Virus record (IMG/VR): IMGVR_UViG_3300037461_000603
Location: 1 to 53,130 of that record
DNA from: a virus
Lineage: Duplodnaviria; Caudoviricetes
Length of the DNA stretch: 53,130 nucleotides
Direction: 5' to 3' (one strand)
Positions 27,093 to 37,591 of the stretch are shown here, piece by piece. Under the pieces are notes generated by a model, which saw nothing but the letters and a program-made list of their open reading frames with translations, was not told the origin of the DNA and ran no database searches. The position numbers were made by a program, and so were the translations under genes. Position 1 is the first letter of the stretch; each line of letters starts with the position of its first letter.

Positions 27093-28427
27093 ATGGCTGC
27101 AGGATACCCTTGGCAGGTCGAGCTTCCGAACCTTCCAGATATTCATGCTCGAGCACTGCAGGCGCAGGCAATGCGGCTTGCGATGCAGGAAAAGCAGAAC
27201 GAGATGGAGCTCGGAAGGAGACGCAGCGAAGCGGTGCGCGCCTACCAGGCAGGGGATCCAAAGCCATTGCAGGAGGTCGCTCCTGAGATCTACCAGAAAT
27301 TCGAAGCATTGAAGCTGGATCAAGACCAGCAGAAGGCTTCAGTTGCCCAAAAGCAGGCGGAGGCAGCGATCAAGGCAAAGGCTGAGCAGGTAGAGATGCT
27401 CGCACGTATCGCGCCACGACTTGCCGAGCAGCCCGCGGCGGGACCCGCGGCGATGCGGTACCTCTCACAGCTGCCGCAGTTCGAGGGCGAAGATCTGACC
27501 TGGATGCAGGATCCAGAGCAGGTCAAACAGATGGCTACAATGCTCCCTCGACTCTCACAGAAGTTCAAGGAGCCGGAGTTCGAGGACGTGTTCATGAAGG
27601 TCGCCAACGGGCTCGGCTATGGCCCGGAGAGCCCCAAAGGGTCGTATGGCGACGCATGGAATGACCCCAACTTCCTTGGGAAGTATAACGCCTATCTTGA
27701 GGCTGAGAAGAAGGGAAAGGCGAAGGGTGTTGGAGCGCAGATCACCATCACGCCGGAAGGCGAGATGCGCGACCCGCTAACACTGGGGACGCGAGCGAAC
27801 CAGCAGAAAGAGCTTATCGAGAACGAGAAGATGTTGAACTCGCTACAGGCCGTTAAGCAGCTAGCTCGTCCAGAATTCTTTTCGCTTATGGGAAGGGCGA
27901 AAAACTGGGGCTCTGCGAAGGTTGCCTTGCTCGATTCGAATCTTTTGAGCAAAGGCGCGACCGGTGATCTCGAAGCGCGCCAGCAGCTCACCAACGAGGT
28001 CGAACAACTGTTCAACGATTACCGACGCTTGATCACCGGCGCTGCGGCCTCGGTACAAGAGCTCCAATCTATGCGCGGGAGCATGTTCAATATGAGCCTC
28101 TCGTGGCCGCAGTTCACTGCCGGCATCAAACAGTTTGAAACAAAGGTCAGTCGGACGATGCGCGTCTACCGCAGGGTGCTGCGTGAAGGCGTGGACGTGA
28201 CGCCGGAACAGACACGGGAGCGGGCCAATGCGCTCATTCGTGCGGGCTCAGACGCACGGACGATGAGTGACATCATGGCCAGAAAAAAAGAACTCTTAGA
28301 GTCCGGGTTGAGCGATGTCGATGTGATCGTGTCGCTCGCCTCAGAGGGTTACCTGACTCCTGAACAGGCCGAGAGCGCAATGGAGGCCATTGGGCAGTCC
28401 GCGAGTTCGGATGCAGAGGGAATCTGA
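27093..28427 (+). CDS. DNA ejection protein (gp20-like)
   Basis: Helical Q/A-rich protein of about 444 aa, ITGAA.S..E motif, position. Confidence 0.7.
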   Translation: MAAGYPWQVELPNLPDIHARALQAQAMRLAMQEKQNEMELGRRRSEAVRAYQAGDPKPLQEVAPEIYQKFEALKLDQDQQKASVAQKQAEAAIKAKAEQVEMLARIAPRLAEQPAAGPAAMRYLSQLPQFEGEDLTWMQDPEQVKQMATMLPRLSQKFKEPEFEDVFMKVANGLGYGPESPKGSYGDAWNDPNFLGKYNAYLEAEKKGKAKGVGAQITITPEGEMRDPLTLGTRANQQKELIENEKMLNSLQAVKQLARPEFFSLMGRAKNWGSAKVALLDSNLLSKGATGDLEARQQLTNEVEQLFNDYRRLITGAAASVQELQSMRGSMFNMSLSWPQFTAGIKQFETKVSRTMRVYRRVLREGVDVTPEQTRERANALIRAGSDARTMSDIMARKKELLESGLSDVDVIVSLASEGYLTPEQAESAMEAIGQSASSDAEGI

Positions 28428-30850
28428 TGGCAGACCTCGATGCAGTGCTCGAGCAGGTGGTTGGTCCGGAGGAAGAGACTTCCAAGGGCGCAGACCTCGA
28501 CGCAGTGCTCGATGAGTCCATCAATGCAAAGCCGGAAGAGATCTCCGCGCGTCTGCGTCGCACGTTCGCGCTGACGCCACAGGACGTCATCACCCGCGAG
28601 TGGGACAAGCGGAAGTCGGCTTTCGAGCGCAAGTATGGCGCAGGGAAGGTCAAGATCGCGTTCGATCCGCAGGGGAATCGCATCGGTTTTCGGGTGGGAG
28701 AGCTCGTTCTACCGGACACTGCAGCCAACGATCGAGTGGAAGAAGAGAGGGCAAGACGAAAGGCGCTCCTCGACGAGGCGATGGAATCAGGCGAAGCGCT
28801 CGGGTTCGTCACCCGTCTAGGCAAGAGCTTTAAGAGGGGCACAACCGGGCAGCTGAACTACCTGGCAAAGATCTACGGCAAGGACAACGTCATCCCCGTG
28901 TGGAACGAGGAGGGGACCGAGGCGGATCAGTTCCTTGTCCTCGAACCAGGGAAGACGCCCAAGGTCTCCGACAAACCGGGTATTGAGCTAGCCGACATCG
29001 CAGACGTCGGCGGAGATGTCGTTCGGGCGCTGCCATCCGCCATTGGCCAGGCGGGGCTGGCCTACGCCTCCCGGGGAAAGGCCGTCAGCCCAGCGACCAT
29101 GGCTGCCGCTGGTGCAGCCGGTGACGTCGTTGGAGAGATAGCGGCACAGGCGATTGGCTCCGCTCTTCCTGGAAAAGAAGACGCCGATCTGACCGGGAGA
29201 GCCGCCGACGTTGCGACGAACGTTGGAATGGGCCTGCTCGGTGAAGGCGTTGGCCGTGTCGTGTCCAAGGGCGCCAATTGGATTCGGCCGAAGAATATCC
29301 TCGGCCGTAGCATTGCAGCCAGCGAGGTCATGGAAGGCGGTGTTTCCCGCAAGGCGGCAGACGTAGCAAAAGAAACAGAGCAGATCACCAAGGGGACTGG
29401 CATTGTGCTGACGCCCGGCCAGCGGACCATGAGCCAGCATGCGCTCGCCGTCGAGCAGGCGCTGAGACAGACCACTGGTGGCCGTTCGGTGTTCTCGGAC
29501 TTTGACTCGCAACAGGTTCAGAATCTTGCCAAGCACCTCGACAACACGCTAGCCAACGCCTTTGGCGACATGCACGAGGTGGGTGCGTCGCGAGCCGGGG
29601 AGAAGCTGGCTACCGCCTACGATCGATACCTGCGCGGCCTGGCTGAGCTGCGGCGGAAGTCGGCCGATGTTGCTTTCGGTGAAGCGCGCGCGCTTGCCGG
29701 GGATGAGCCAATCATTCCTGGCGCCCCCCTTATCGAGGCCCTCACGGATGCGGCAAAACAGCACGGCGCCATCGGCGGTACGCAACCAGCAACGAAGATG
29801 GCCAACTGGCTGCAGACAGTGCGGCAACAGCTCGTCGACAGGGCTACCGCGCGAAAGCGCATGCTGGCCGCTCAGAACGGCGTCTCCGGAGAGAACCTGA
29901 AGGAGATCGTTGCAGGTCCAGAGGACGTGCAGCTGACGATCAACGAGCTCCAGAATCTGTTGTCGGATTGGGGAGAATCAGCGAAGGGGTCCAAGCTCAT
30001 CCTCGAGCAGCTCGACAGCCGCACGAGCCAGAAGGTCGCCGCGCAGGTCTTCGGTGGCCTCCAGGAGTCGCTGAAACAGGCTATAGAGTCGGGTGGAGTA
30101 GCGGCACAGAAGCTCGAGGCGGCCCGGGTAGCCTATGCCGCAGACTCCGAGGCGATCCGCACTGCGCGTACGGAGGTTCTCGATCGTCTCCTGAACACGG
30201 TGGCACAGAAGGGGCGGGAGATCGCCCCCGGGCAACTGCGCAAACCACAGCAGATCGTCAACACCCTACTTAGCAAGTCCACGAGTGACGACGAGGTCGA
30301 GGTCGTCATGCGCACAATGCGCAGGATCGACCCCGATGCCCATAAGGCAATCCAAGCAGCAGCCGTTGAACAGATGCTCGAGAAGGCTGAACCTGGACCG
30401 AATACCGCGTTCGGAGCCGAGGGCTTGGAAGTCTCGCCTCGTCAGCTCGCCAGCGTGTTGCTGGGGCAGCAGAAGCGCATACAGGCGCTTGTCGGGACCG
30501 ACACTGCCCTCGGTGCGCAGTTGCAGCGCGTCGGGAAGATCGCCCAACGCATGGGGCAGACAGCTGGGATCTCCGGATCGCAGACAACGCCTCTGGCAGA
30601 CATGATCGGGGCCTTGAAGTTGCTCAACCCGACGACGCTCATGAATCCTGTTGCGTTCGCCGAGAAGATCGGGACCATCTTTTCCAGGAAGCGCCTTGCC
30701 AAGATACTCACGAACGAAAACGATATCCGTCTGTTTCTGCAGCTCGAAGACCCGCCAGCGTGGATGGGAAGCGTGGCTGTCATTCGTGCGCTCGAGCAGC
30801 TGACCGCGAACATCCTCCGCGAGGAGGATGAAGAGAGGAAACCGCGATGA
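28427..30850 (+). CDS. Large DNA ejection protein (gp16-like)
   Basis: 807 aa helical, LTPGQ.T motif, position before the tailspike. Confidence 0.75.
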   Translation: MADLDAVLEQVVGPEEETSKGADLDAVLDESINAKPEEISARLRRTFALTPQDVITREWDKRKSAFERKYGAGKVKIAFDPQGNRIGFRVGELVLPDTAANDRVEEERARRKALLDEAMESGEALGFVTRLGKSFKRGTTGQLNYLAKIYGKDNVIPVWNEEGTEADQFLVLEPGKTPKVSDKPGIELADIADVGGDVVRALPSAIGQAGLAYASRGKAVSPATMAAAGAAGDVVGEIAAQAIGSALPGKEDADLTGRAADVATNVGMGLLGEGVGRVVSKGANWIRPKNILGRSIAASEVMEGGVSRKAADVAKETEQITKGTGIVLTPGQRTMSQHALAVEQALRQTTGGRSVFSDFDSQQVQNLAKHLDNTLANAFGDMHEVGASRAGEKLATAYDRYLRGLAELRRKSADVAFGEARALAGDEPIIPGAPLIEALTDAAKQHGAIGGTQPATKMANWLQTVRQQLVDRATARKRMLAAQNGVSGENLKEIVAGPEDVQLTINELQNLLSDWGESAKGSKLILEQLDSRTSQKVAAQVFGGLQESLKQAIESGGVAAQKLEAARVAYAADSEAIRTARTEVLDRLLNTVAQKGREIAPGQLRKPQQIVNTLLSKSTSDDEVEVVMRTMRRIDPDAHKAIQAAAVEQMLEKAEPGPNTAFGAEGLEVSPRQLASVLLGQQKRIQALVGTDTALGAQLQRVGKIAQRMGQTAGISGSQTTPLADMIGALKLLNPTTLMNPVAFAEKIGTIFSRKRLAKILTNENDIRLFLQLEDPPAWMGSVAVIRALEQLTANILREEDEERKPR

Positions 30851-33039
30851 TTCGCACAGTCGTTTGCATCCTCATGCTCTCGTCGAGCGCGTTGGCGGGC
30901 TCTTTGCCGGTCTTGAAGTACCGTGCGCTGGACAACAGTGGCAACGCCATGAGCGGTGCGAAACTGTATTTCTACGAGGACGGCACGACGACGCCGCTAG
31001 CGACGTACAGCGACGAAGCGTTGACGACTGCAAACACAAACCCTGTGGTTGCAGACTCGAGCGGGTACTTCGGCGAGATCTACCTGAAGACCGATGAGCA
31101 GTACAAGGTTGTACTCAAGACGTCAGCTGGCGTGACGATATGGACCGTCGACGACATCACCGCATCTCAGCTTGTATCCGATTCGTTTGAGGCACGAATC
31201 GGTCAAGCAGCGACGAATCCTCTGGATTATGGCGCAATCGGAGACGGTGTCGCCAATGAGGTCAGTTACGTTCAGACAGCAATAGACGCAGCAACAGGTG
31301 TTGTCGACCTACTTGGCAAGACATACCGTTGCGACAGTGTCATCGCAATCAACAGCGGAGAAACCGGGGTTGTAATCAAGAATGGTACTCTCGACTTTTC
31401 GAACTCAACAGCCGGATCCAACGTCTACATCTACGGCACAATTGGCTCTGCAAACTCTCTCACAGGAGATGCGAACATCGGAGCCACAACGCTTGCTGTG
31501 ACGAGCTCGACAGGTCTTGCGGCTGGGGATTGGTTGATTCTGTCGTCCGGAAATGCTTGGTCAGTTGGGCTCACGAGAGGAGAGCTCGTTCAGATCGACA
31601 GCATCGCAGGGCTGAACATCACGTTGAAGAAACCAATTGAAGCGACATACCAAACTGCCCTCCTTGGTAGCGTGTATGACATCACGCAGGCCCCGCAAAG
31701 AATCCGGTTCGACAATGTCCGGTTCATCGGCAACACTTCTGCCGTTGGAACTGGGGACATGGTCTACATTGACTACATGGCATTCGACATCGCATTCGAG
31801 AATTGCACGTTCGACAACGTGAAAAGGTATGCGATAGCCTCAATTGGCGGGTGCAACGTCCATGTAGATCGATGCACGTTCACGAACATCGCAAGTTCAG
31901 GTGCGGCGATTGCAACGTCAGGCCCGACGCAGAACCTGATGGTTACAAACAACAGGTTCTCACGTGTCCCTCTCGGTGTCGGAGTTGGACTGTCTGGTAC
32001 AGTCCAAACGAGATACACAACGATCCGTGGCAACACGTTTGAGGGTGTCACACAGGGGATTGTTGTCGGCCTGTCGTCTCAGTACACATCGATTGACGAC
32101 AACGACATCATCGGTGACACCTCGGGTGGTTCCGGCACCGGCGATGGAATCATGGTGCTTTCCCCAGATGCTACTGTGACAAACAACAGGATTCGCGAAG
32201 CAGGCGGGAACGGAATCCTTGTTGATACTGACTCAGTCACCTACGATAGCGGCAAATCGCACAGCATGGTCATTACGGGAAACCGAATCTGGGAGCCGGA
32301 CGACTCAGGAATCGACGTCGAAGATTCTTCGTCGCCTGGATTGAGCCATTTGATCATTGACGGCAATGAAATCTACGGGGGGACATACGGACTTTATGTG
32401 CGGAATTCCACGGCCATCATGCATGGAAACTCAGTGGTTGATTCGTCGAGCCACGGGATATTCATCTACCTACCAGTTGCAAGCGCGAATTTCGTCGTAG
32501 ATTCAAACAACGTTGTGAATCCAGGAGACAATGGAATTTACGCGTCGACTGCTGCCGTGGCATTGGCGGGTCTTGTGGTCAGCAACAACACCGTCAAAGA
32601 CGTGGACGAAGCTGGAGATGTTTGCATTGGTGTGTCAAGCGATGCCACAGGCACTGTTACTGGCATCACGATTTCAGGGAATACACTTGAAAGAGATGAT
32701 GACCTCGACGATTCGATACAGCTGTCCGGTGGGGCTGCTGGGGCAGTGACGCGTGTGGTTGTGAGCGACAACAACATGTCGAATGGTGCGTATGGGATTG
32801 GAGAGCCGACCGACGCCAACGCAACGAACGTCGTGATTGGTCCGAACTATTGGGATGGCATTGCCACTGCAGAATATGAAGGGACTGTGACACCGGTGGC
32901 CGTGGCATTGTCCGCGGCAAATACCGTGTGCAGCACGACATGCGGAACTTTCACATGTCTATTTGGCTACGATGACGCCACAAATGCTGCTGTCGCTTGC
33001 AGCAACATCATCGCTGATCACTGTGTTTGCTATCCATAA
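30847..33039 (+). CDS. Tailspike with right-handed beta-helix, N-terminal signal peptide and Cys-rich C-terminus
   Basis: Particle-binding-like N-domain GAKLYFYE.GTTTP..TYSD......NTNPVVADS.G, DYGAIGDGV, many (I/V)xxNx(I/F) parallel beta-helix rungs. Confidence 0.88.
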   Translation: MIRTVVCILMLSSSALAGSLPVLKYRALDNSGNAMSGAKLYFYEDGTTTPLATYSDEALTTANTNPVVADSSGYFGEIYLKTDEQYKVVLKTSAGVTIWTVDDITASQLVSDSFEARIGQAATNPLDYGAIGDGVANEVSYVQTAIDAATGVVDLLGKTYRCDSVIAINSGETGVVIKNGTLDFSNSTAGSNVYIYGTIGSANSLTGDANIGATTLAVTSSTGLAAGDWLILSSGNAWSVGLTRGELVQIDSIAGLNITLKKPIEATYQTALLGSVYDITQAPQRIRFDNVRFIGNTSAVGTGDMVYIDYMAFDIAFENCTFDNVKRYAIASIGGCNVHVDRCTFTNIASSGAAIATSGPTQNLMVTNNRFSRVPLGVGVGLSGTVQTRYTTIRGNTFEGVTQGIVVGLSSQYTSIDDNDIIGDTSGGSGTGDGIMVLSPDATVTNNRIREAGGNGILVDTDSVTYDSGKSHSMVITGNRIWEPDDSGIDVEDSSSPGLSHLIIDGNEIYGGTYGLYVRNSTAIMHGNSVVDSSSHGIFIYLPVASANFVVDSNNVVNPGDNGIYASTAAVALAGLVVSNNTVKDVDEAGDVCIGVSSDATGTVTGITISGNTLERDDDLDDSIQLSGGAAGAVTRVVVSDNNMSNGAYGIGEPTDANATNVVIGPNYWDGIATAEYEGTVTPVAVALSAANTVCSTTCGTFTCLFGYDDATNAAVACSNIIADHCVCYP

Positions 33040-33049
33040 GGAGCTGGAA

Positions 33050-33478
33050 ATGTATCACTCGGCCAAGGTTCTGTGCATCGGAGCTCTAATTGTTGTGATG
33101 TCAAGCCTCGTCGCGATCCAGGTGTTCGCTACAAACTGGTCTCAGCCGACCGTCACCGATGTTCCAAATGGAACCTTTCTGCAGAATATCAATCGCCCGT
33201 GCATCCACACCACGGGTGGCTGGACAGACATCAACTGCACAGCCGGCGCTGCATATTCTGCGGTTCTCCACACGCATAGCCGGTACATCATGCAGGCTGT
33301 AAGCGGTGATCCGTACATCGCTTTCGCATCGGCGAGTTCTGGGCAAGATGCAGACTCGAACGATGGCTATCTGCCCGAGGGCCAGTGGTACGAGTTCATC
33401 ACGGCTGGGGCGGCGCAATACGTCACCTGTGATGGCTCGGCTGACACGTCTCGGATTCGCTACATCGAGTGTCTATGA
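33050..33478 (+). CDS. Secreted or virion beta-rich protein
   Basis: AGGAG RBS; hydrophobic N-terminus ending VFA; 4 Cys in the mature part. Confidence 0.7.
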   Translation: MYHSAKVLCIGALIVVMSSLVAIQVFATNWSQPTVTDVPNGTFLQNINRPCIHTTGGWTDINCTAGAAYSAVLHTHSRYIMQAVSGDPYIAFASASSGQDADSNDGYLPEGQWYEFITAGAAQYVTCDGSADTSRIRYIECL

Positions 33479-33486
33479 GGTGCAAC

Positions 33487-35097
33487 ATGCGCAAGGCTCT
33501 TCTCCTGTTATTTGTTTTCCTTCCGGTCGTTGCGAGCGCGAGAAATATATCGCTGCCGAAAGAGTCAACTGCGATCCCTCGATCTGGCGTGGCGCGTACA
33601 AACATAGACCTCAACGGCAACGACCTCGAGAACCCCGACTCGGTGCTGTTCGACGCGCCGTCGTCTGACGCTGCGACGACCGACGTCACTGTCACCAGTC
33701 AGGCGCCATTCGAGGGCGTCAACGCTGCGAACACATCGGGCGGCAACATCAACTGGGTACCGGCGACTGGTGCGATCAACGTGACGGGCATCCTGGTGCG
33801 AGCCGACACTGCGGGCGACACCATCAGGATCAACGGCATCAAAGAAGATGGCTCGACCTTCGACGTGACGCTCACCGAGGGTTTGGATTACGTGTGCGCC
33901 GCCGCCGCCTCAGACGCGGCGTGCGTGTGCAATATCAAAGCGGCGGTCGATGCGCATGCGACGCTTGGGCCACTGACCACAACCTACAGAACCGATGGCA
34001 CGTGCAGCGATGAGAGGCTGGCGATCTTCAGGGCCGGCTCGGCGATGACTGTCGTGCTGACCCCAAGCGACACGACCAACACGGTGCGCGTGGCTGGTGC
34101 GTCTGGCATTGTAGGGCTGCCCGATGGGTCGGCGGCGTATCCGTCGATTGGGTTCATCTCGGACAATGACGGGACGGGCACAGGGATCGCGCGGCCAGGC
34201 GCGAACATGTTTGCGATCTACTCGAACGGCAACACCAACACGGTCTTTGCCACGAACTACATCAGCATGTACTACCGACTGACAAACTCGAGCGCCGTCC
34301 TCAACCTCGGCACCTCTGCTGCCACCGGCCACACGCTCGCGTCCGGTGACGTGATTGTTGGCGGCAAGCTGGAGGTGGATGGTCGGCTATACGTTGACAA
34401 CGGAGTGGTGTTGCTCGACAATCTAGACCTATCTTTTGGCAATTCCGAGGATGTTGACGTACGCTATAGCCTGGCGCAGACTCCTGATACTTTTTTGCTG
34501 GGTGTAGGTGCAGACTCCAATGGCTTCATTATCTGTGAAAAAGCAGATAAGACCGTCGACTTCGGGCACGCTATACAGACCAACCCAACCCTCTTCATCC
34601 AATCGGCCGACTCGGGCACGATTGCCGATTGGATCTCGCTGGCGCATGACCAGACCAACCCGGTGTTTGGTTCGGGTGGCGGCGACTTCCGTTTCAATGA
34701 CGACGGCAACAAGGGCGTCGCAACGTACATTCGGACAAACACCTCTTCCGTGACCTTCGCCGCCGATCCGGGCGATGCGAGCAAGACGGCCACCAATCTC
34801 ATCCCAGACGGCGCGTTCGTTGTAGGCTTCTCGTCCCGCGTCACGACGGCCGGGACCAACTGCGCAACCGTGGACATCGGCATCAGCGGCGGCGACACCG
34901 ACCTGTTCGCCAACGATACGGCAGTCGCCCTCGCCGAGACGACAGACAACACCGACGTGACAGCCGACCTGGCAGCAGCCGGGCACCCGGCGCTTGCCGC
35001 TTCCTCGGTAATCGTAACGGGCAACGTCAACTGCTTCGGGCTCGTGGTCGCGCTTACTGTGCACTACCTCGACGTTTCCGCCGCAACTGCAAACTGA
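33487..35097 (+). CDS. Tail-fibre-like protein with signal peptide
   Basis: MRKALLLLFVFLPVVASA; DGSAAYPSIGF.SD..GTGI.R fibre motif; C-terminal IP.GA.V capsid-decoration-like domain. Confidence 0.75.
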   Translation: MRKALLLLFVFLPVVASARNISLPKESTAIPRSGVARTNIDLNGNDLENPDSVLFDAPSSDAATTDVTVTSQAPFEGVNAANTSGGNINWVPATGAINVTGILVRADTAGDTIRINGIKEDGSTFDVTLTEGLDYVCAAAASDAACVCNIKAAVDAHATLGPLTTTYRTDGTCSDERLAIFRAGSAMTVVLTPSDTTNTVRVAGASGIVGLPDGSAAYPSIGFISDNDGTGTGIARPGANMFAIYSNGNTNTVFATNYISMYYRLTNSSAVLNLGTSAATGHTLASGDVIVGGKLEVDGRLYVDNGVVLLDNLDLSFGNSEDVDVRYSLAQTPDTFLLGVGADSNGFIICEKADKTVDFGHAIQTNPTLFIQSADSGTIADWISLAHDQTNPVFGSGGGDFRFNDDGNKGVATYIRTNTSSVTFAADPGDASKTATNLIPDGAFVVGFSSRVTTAGTNCATVDIGISGGDTDLFANDTAVALAETTDNTDVTADLAAAGHPALAASSVIVTGNVNCFGLVVALTVHYLDVSAATAN

Positions 35098-35110
35098 GAG
35101 GGCACCACCC

Positions 35111-35515
35111 ATGGCCGACACAAAACCAATCTCTGCCACCAAAATCTCTCTCACCAGCCTGGCCCTAGGTATCGCAATCGTCGGCGGATCGATCTACTAC
35201 CTCGATCCCGGCACCGACGAGATGCGGCCCGTGGAGCAGGTGGCCCCCGTCGACCCCTTCGGCTTGATCGAGAACGCCGACCCCAAATGCGCCGCGGAGA
35301 TCCGGCTTCGTGGCCCGCTTCCGGTCTGCAGCAAGACCGGCGCCACGGAGCTGCACGGCAAGTGGACCACGGACCTCTGGGAGTGCGACGGGGCGATCAT
35401 GAAGGCTGAGATCCAGACGTGCTTGGATGAGGCGCAGGCGAAGGCTGAAAAGGCGAAGGCAGAGAAGCCGGCCGAGGAGCCGATCGGCGAGATGACAGGA
35501 GATGTCGGCAAGTGA
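35111..35515 (+). CDS. Membrane-anchored Cys-containing protein
   Basis: TM segment LALGIAIVGGSIYYL; 4 Cys. Confidence 0.6.
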   Translation: MADTKPISATKISLTSLALGIAIVGGSIYYLDPGTDEMRPVEQVAPVDPFGLIENADPKCAAEIRLRGPLPVCSKTGATELHGKWTTDLWECDGAIMKAEIQTCLDEAQAKAEKAKAEKPAEEPIGEMTGDVGK

Positions 35516-35594
35516 CTCTTGACGAACAGCTCGACAGCGCGCCGCTCGAGGTTCTGGCGCTGATCCTGCGGCTCCTGCCGGTGTGGAGGTTCCG

Positions 35595-35933
35595 ATGAGC
35601 TGGCAAGACCTACCGGGCGACAACACGCGCAACTGGAGTCGGCGCCGTCGCAGTGGGTGGTGGGTCAAGTACGTCGCCATCGTCGTGCCGATGACGACAA
35701 TCCTGACTGCCCTCGCGACCTGTGGAGGTGTGCGACTGCTCGGGGCGCAGACGGTCGCCGATGCCGAGAAGCAGCACCAGGCTCTGGCGTCTGAGATCAA
35801 AGCGGCGGAAGAGCGAAACAACCAGGCGCTCCAGACGTCGCTCTCCCAGGTCAACAGCTCTGTCTCGCAACTCACGACCAGGCTCGACGCATTCATGGCT
35901 GCACAGATCCAGCAATCCAGGGGGCGCCGATGA
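35595..35933 (+). CDS. Membrane protein with coiled tail (lysis module)
   Basis: GGAGG RBS; TM helix plus coiled coil; upstream of the endolysin. Confidence 0.6.
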   Translation: MSWQDLPGDNTRNWSRRRRSGWWVKYVAIVVPMTTILTALATCGGVRLLGAQTVADAEKQHQALASEIKAAEERNNQALQTSLSQVNSSVSQLTTRLDAFMAAQIQQSRGRR

Positions 35934-36304
35934 GCTGCGACGATATCGGAGATGCTTGCACGATGGCCTGCGATGGAGACAGCGGGAACGGGAAATCGAA
36001 CGGCGGAGGAATCGGACACAGCCCGCTCGAGCCTCCGAGCGGTGGCTGGCCATCACAGAAGCCCGACAAGTGCGACGAGCACTCGCACACTCTTTGCCGT
36101 GTCATGCGCGCCGAAGAGGACAACGCACGACTGCTCGCAGCGATCCGCCAGGCCGACAGCGACAGCCGAGGTCGTGATGATGGACTGCATACCCTCACGA
36201 CAGAGCTGATGAGAATCCAGGGTCAGATCCTCGAAACGCTCCGCCACGTGCAGGACGACCAGTATGCCATCAAAAGGCATTTGGAGCTCGTGAATGCCGG
36301 CTGA
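35930..36304 (+). CDS. Hypothetical protein
   Basis: ATGA-coupled ORF. Confidence 0.5.
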   Translation: MSCDDIGDACTMACDGDSGNGKSNGGGIGHSPLEPPSGGWPSQKPDKCDEHSHTLCRVMRAEEDNARLLAAIRQADSDSRGRDDGLHTLTTELMRIQGQILETLRHVQDDQYAIKRHLELVNAG

Positions 36305-36755
36305 ACTCGAATGTGACCTCTGGATCCGGGGCGTTCCGGCGCGAGCGAAGCTGGTCGAGATTCAGCCATGCAAGGTGATCCCGCTCTTCAGTCAGCGCGC
36401 CTGGCCGGCTCAGTACCTCGAGCGCGATGCTGCAACAGACTTCGTTGCCATGCGTGAGGCGGCAGAGAAGGACGGAGTCGAGCTGCTCGTCTATTCGGCG
36501 TTCAGGACGATGGCAGAGCAAGGCCGATTGTTCCGGGAATGGCAGGCCGGCAAGCGCAAGCTCAGACCTGCGACGCCTGGCAAGTCGACGCATCAGAGCG
36601 GCAAGTCAGTCGACATCCAGAGGTCGCACGATGATCCGGACGGCGGAGGCCCGCTCCGCGGAAAGACGGATCTGTGGCTCGAGGCAAACGCAGCCCGCTT
36701 CAATTTTCACAACGACGTCAAGGGCGAACCTTGGCACTGGACCCACAAGAGGTGA
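36294..36755 (+). CDS. Endolysin, peptidase M15 (VanY-like)
   Basis: SAFRT..EQ, PG.S.H..G..VD, EPWHW zinc-peptidase motifs. Confidence 0.9.
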   Translation: MPAELECDLWIRGVPARAKLVEIQPCKVIPLFSQRAWPAQYLERDAATDFVAMREAAEKDGVELLVYSAFRTMAEQGRLFREWQAGKRKLRPATPGKSTHQSGKSVDIQRSHDDPDGGGPLRGKTDLWLEANAARFNFHNDVKGEPWHWTHKR

Positions 36756-36758
36756 CCC

Positions 36759-37217
36759 ATGCAACCGACTCTCGGTGAGATGCTGATGCGAGATGTTGTC
36801 CCCGAGCTCGTAGTGGCGCTCGGCGCAGCGCTGACGCTGCTCGTGGTCTGGCTCCGGAGCAAGACCGCCAGGGCCATCAGCGAGACCAAGATGGCTGGTG
36901 CAGCCAAGGCCGCGCTCGACTGGGCGGCAACGCTCGCCTTCGAGGTCGTGATGTCCGGGATGAATTCTGCGAAGGACTGGAAGAAAGAGCTCGCCGACGG
37001 GAAGATCACCCGTGAGGAGCTCGACGCCAAGCTGGCGGCACTGAAGGCGGCTGCGCTGAAGACGGTCCAGGACGCGACCATTGGCCGGCTCGTGGGCTCC
37101 GGTGCGGTCGGCTCGCACGAGGCAGGATCCGCGGTCGTCAACAACCTCGTCGAGAGCGCCGTCGTCAAGGCCGGAATGGCGACCGCGACAAACCCTCCGC
37201 TGCCGCCGTCGACCTGA
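36759..37217 (+). CDS. Holin-like membrane protein
   Basis: N-terminal TM, DGKIT.EE, VESAV; immediately after the endolysin. Confidence 0.65.
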   Translation: MQPTLGEMLMRDVVPELVVALGAALTLLVVWLRSKTARAISETKMAGAAKAALDWAATLAFEVVMSGMNSAKDWKKELADGKITREELDAKLAALKAAALKTVQDATIGRLVGSGAVGSHEAGSAVVNNLVESAVVKAGMATATNPPLPPST

Positions 37218-37591
37218 GAGGCTCACATGTCGCGGCGGCAATCACGGATGCAGCCAAAATGGTCCCAACCGACCTCGAGATCGGAAGAGGTCGGATGGTT
37301 GCAGGTGCTATGTTGGCTCCTTGTGGTGTTGGGCTTGGTCTTCGCGTTGATCAGCATGTGGCCGGTCCGCTGAGTGCATTCGCGGAGGCAGAGGCATTGT
37401 GGTCATGGAAGTGGCGATTGTCTGACTGGCGGACGATCTGCGGCGTCCAGTTCAACTGGTAGTCCACACCGCGCCCCACCTCAAACCACACACGATTTGA
37501 GGCGGAACAGGCCCGATCTCGCACGCGCTGGGGCAGAGTGGACTAGGATGACCTACCCATGGCTTGGCGTAGTCCAGTAGGCGTCTGGGGC

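Noticed and set aside
30847-35097. Diversity-generating retroelement acting on tail genes
   Set aside because: No reverse transcriptase and no TR/VR repeat pair seen in the window.
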